Shown piece after piece: positions 15,929 to 15,980 of a DNA stretch of 15,980 bases. The notes under the pieces are model-generated. The model was not told where the DNA came from. It saw only the letters and a list, made by a program, of their open reading frames with translations, and made no database searches. Origin of the DNA: Armatimonadota bacterium (GTDB lineage Bacteria; Vulcanimicrobiota; JACPDS01; JBDRKI01); contig JBDRKI010000072.1 of the NCBI GenBank assembly GCA_043814095.1, forward strand, positions 1 through 15,980, in the 5' to 3' direction. Each line of letters starts with the position of its first letter. The first letter of the stretch is position 1. A program made the position numbers and the translations under genes.

Positions 15929-15980
15929 TAATAACAATTCCAATGTAATATATAAATTGACATTAGATATATTATATATA

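Noticed and set aside
15957-15980. Perfect TTGACA on the + strand, and a 13-mer TATATTATATATA shared with 12473-12485
   Set aside because: The matching -10 and any downstream gene fall outside the window. The shared 13-mer is low-complexity AT sequence likely to recur by chance.
1-15980. CRISPR arrays, tRNA/rRNA genes, transposases or integrases
   Set aside because: Intergenic gaps are all about 104 bp or shorter, and I saw no repeat-spacer periodicity, cloverleaf or transposase/recombinase motifs.

Overview
AT-rich bacterial (or possibly archaeal) DNA holding part of a surface-glycan biosynthesis locus. The + strand run is: 5'-truncated glucose-1-phosphate cytidylyltransferase (rfbF), CDP-glucose 4,6-dehydratase-like SDR, a second SDR epimerase/reductase, a class I SAM methyltransferase, a DPM1-like GT2, a GT-C-type membrane glycosyltransferase, an FAD-dependent mutase/oxidoreductase, a DegT/VioA-type aminotransferase, an RmlB-like dehydratase with an atypical STSE active-site motif, and a second GT-C-type protein. 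Next come two divergent B12-binding radical SAM genes, separated by 82 bp carrying apparently overlapping opposite-strand promoters, and a Wzx flippase. The window ends with a minus-strand HigBA-like toxin-antitoxin module encoded as ONE in-frame ORF. The toxin domain lacks its stop codon and the usual terminal His-x-Tyr, while the antitoxin keeps its own internal Shine-Dalgarno and ATG. That fusion and the GT-C/radical-SAM-rich glycosylation architecture are the most notable observations. All calls come from motif reading; no searches were run.
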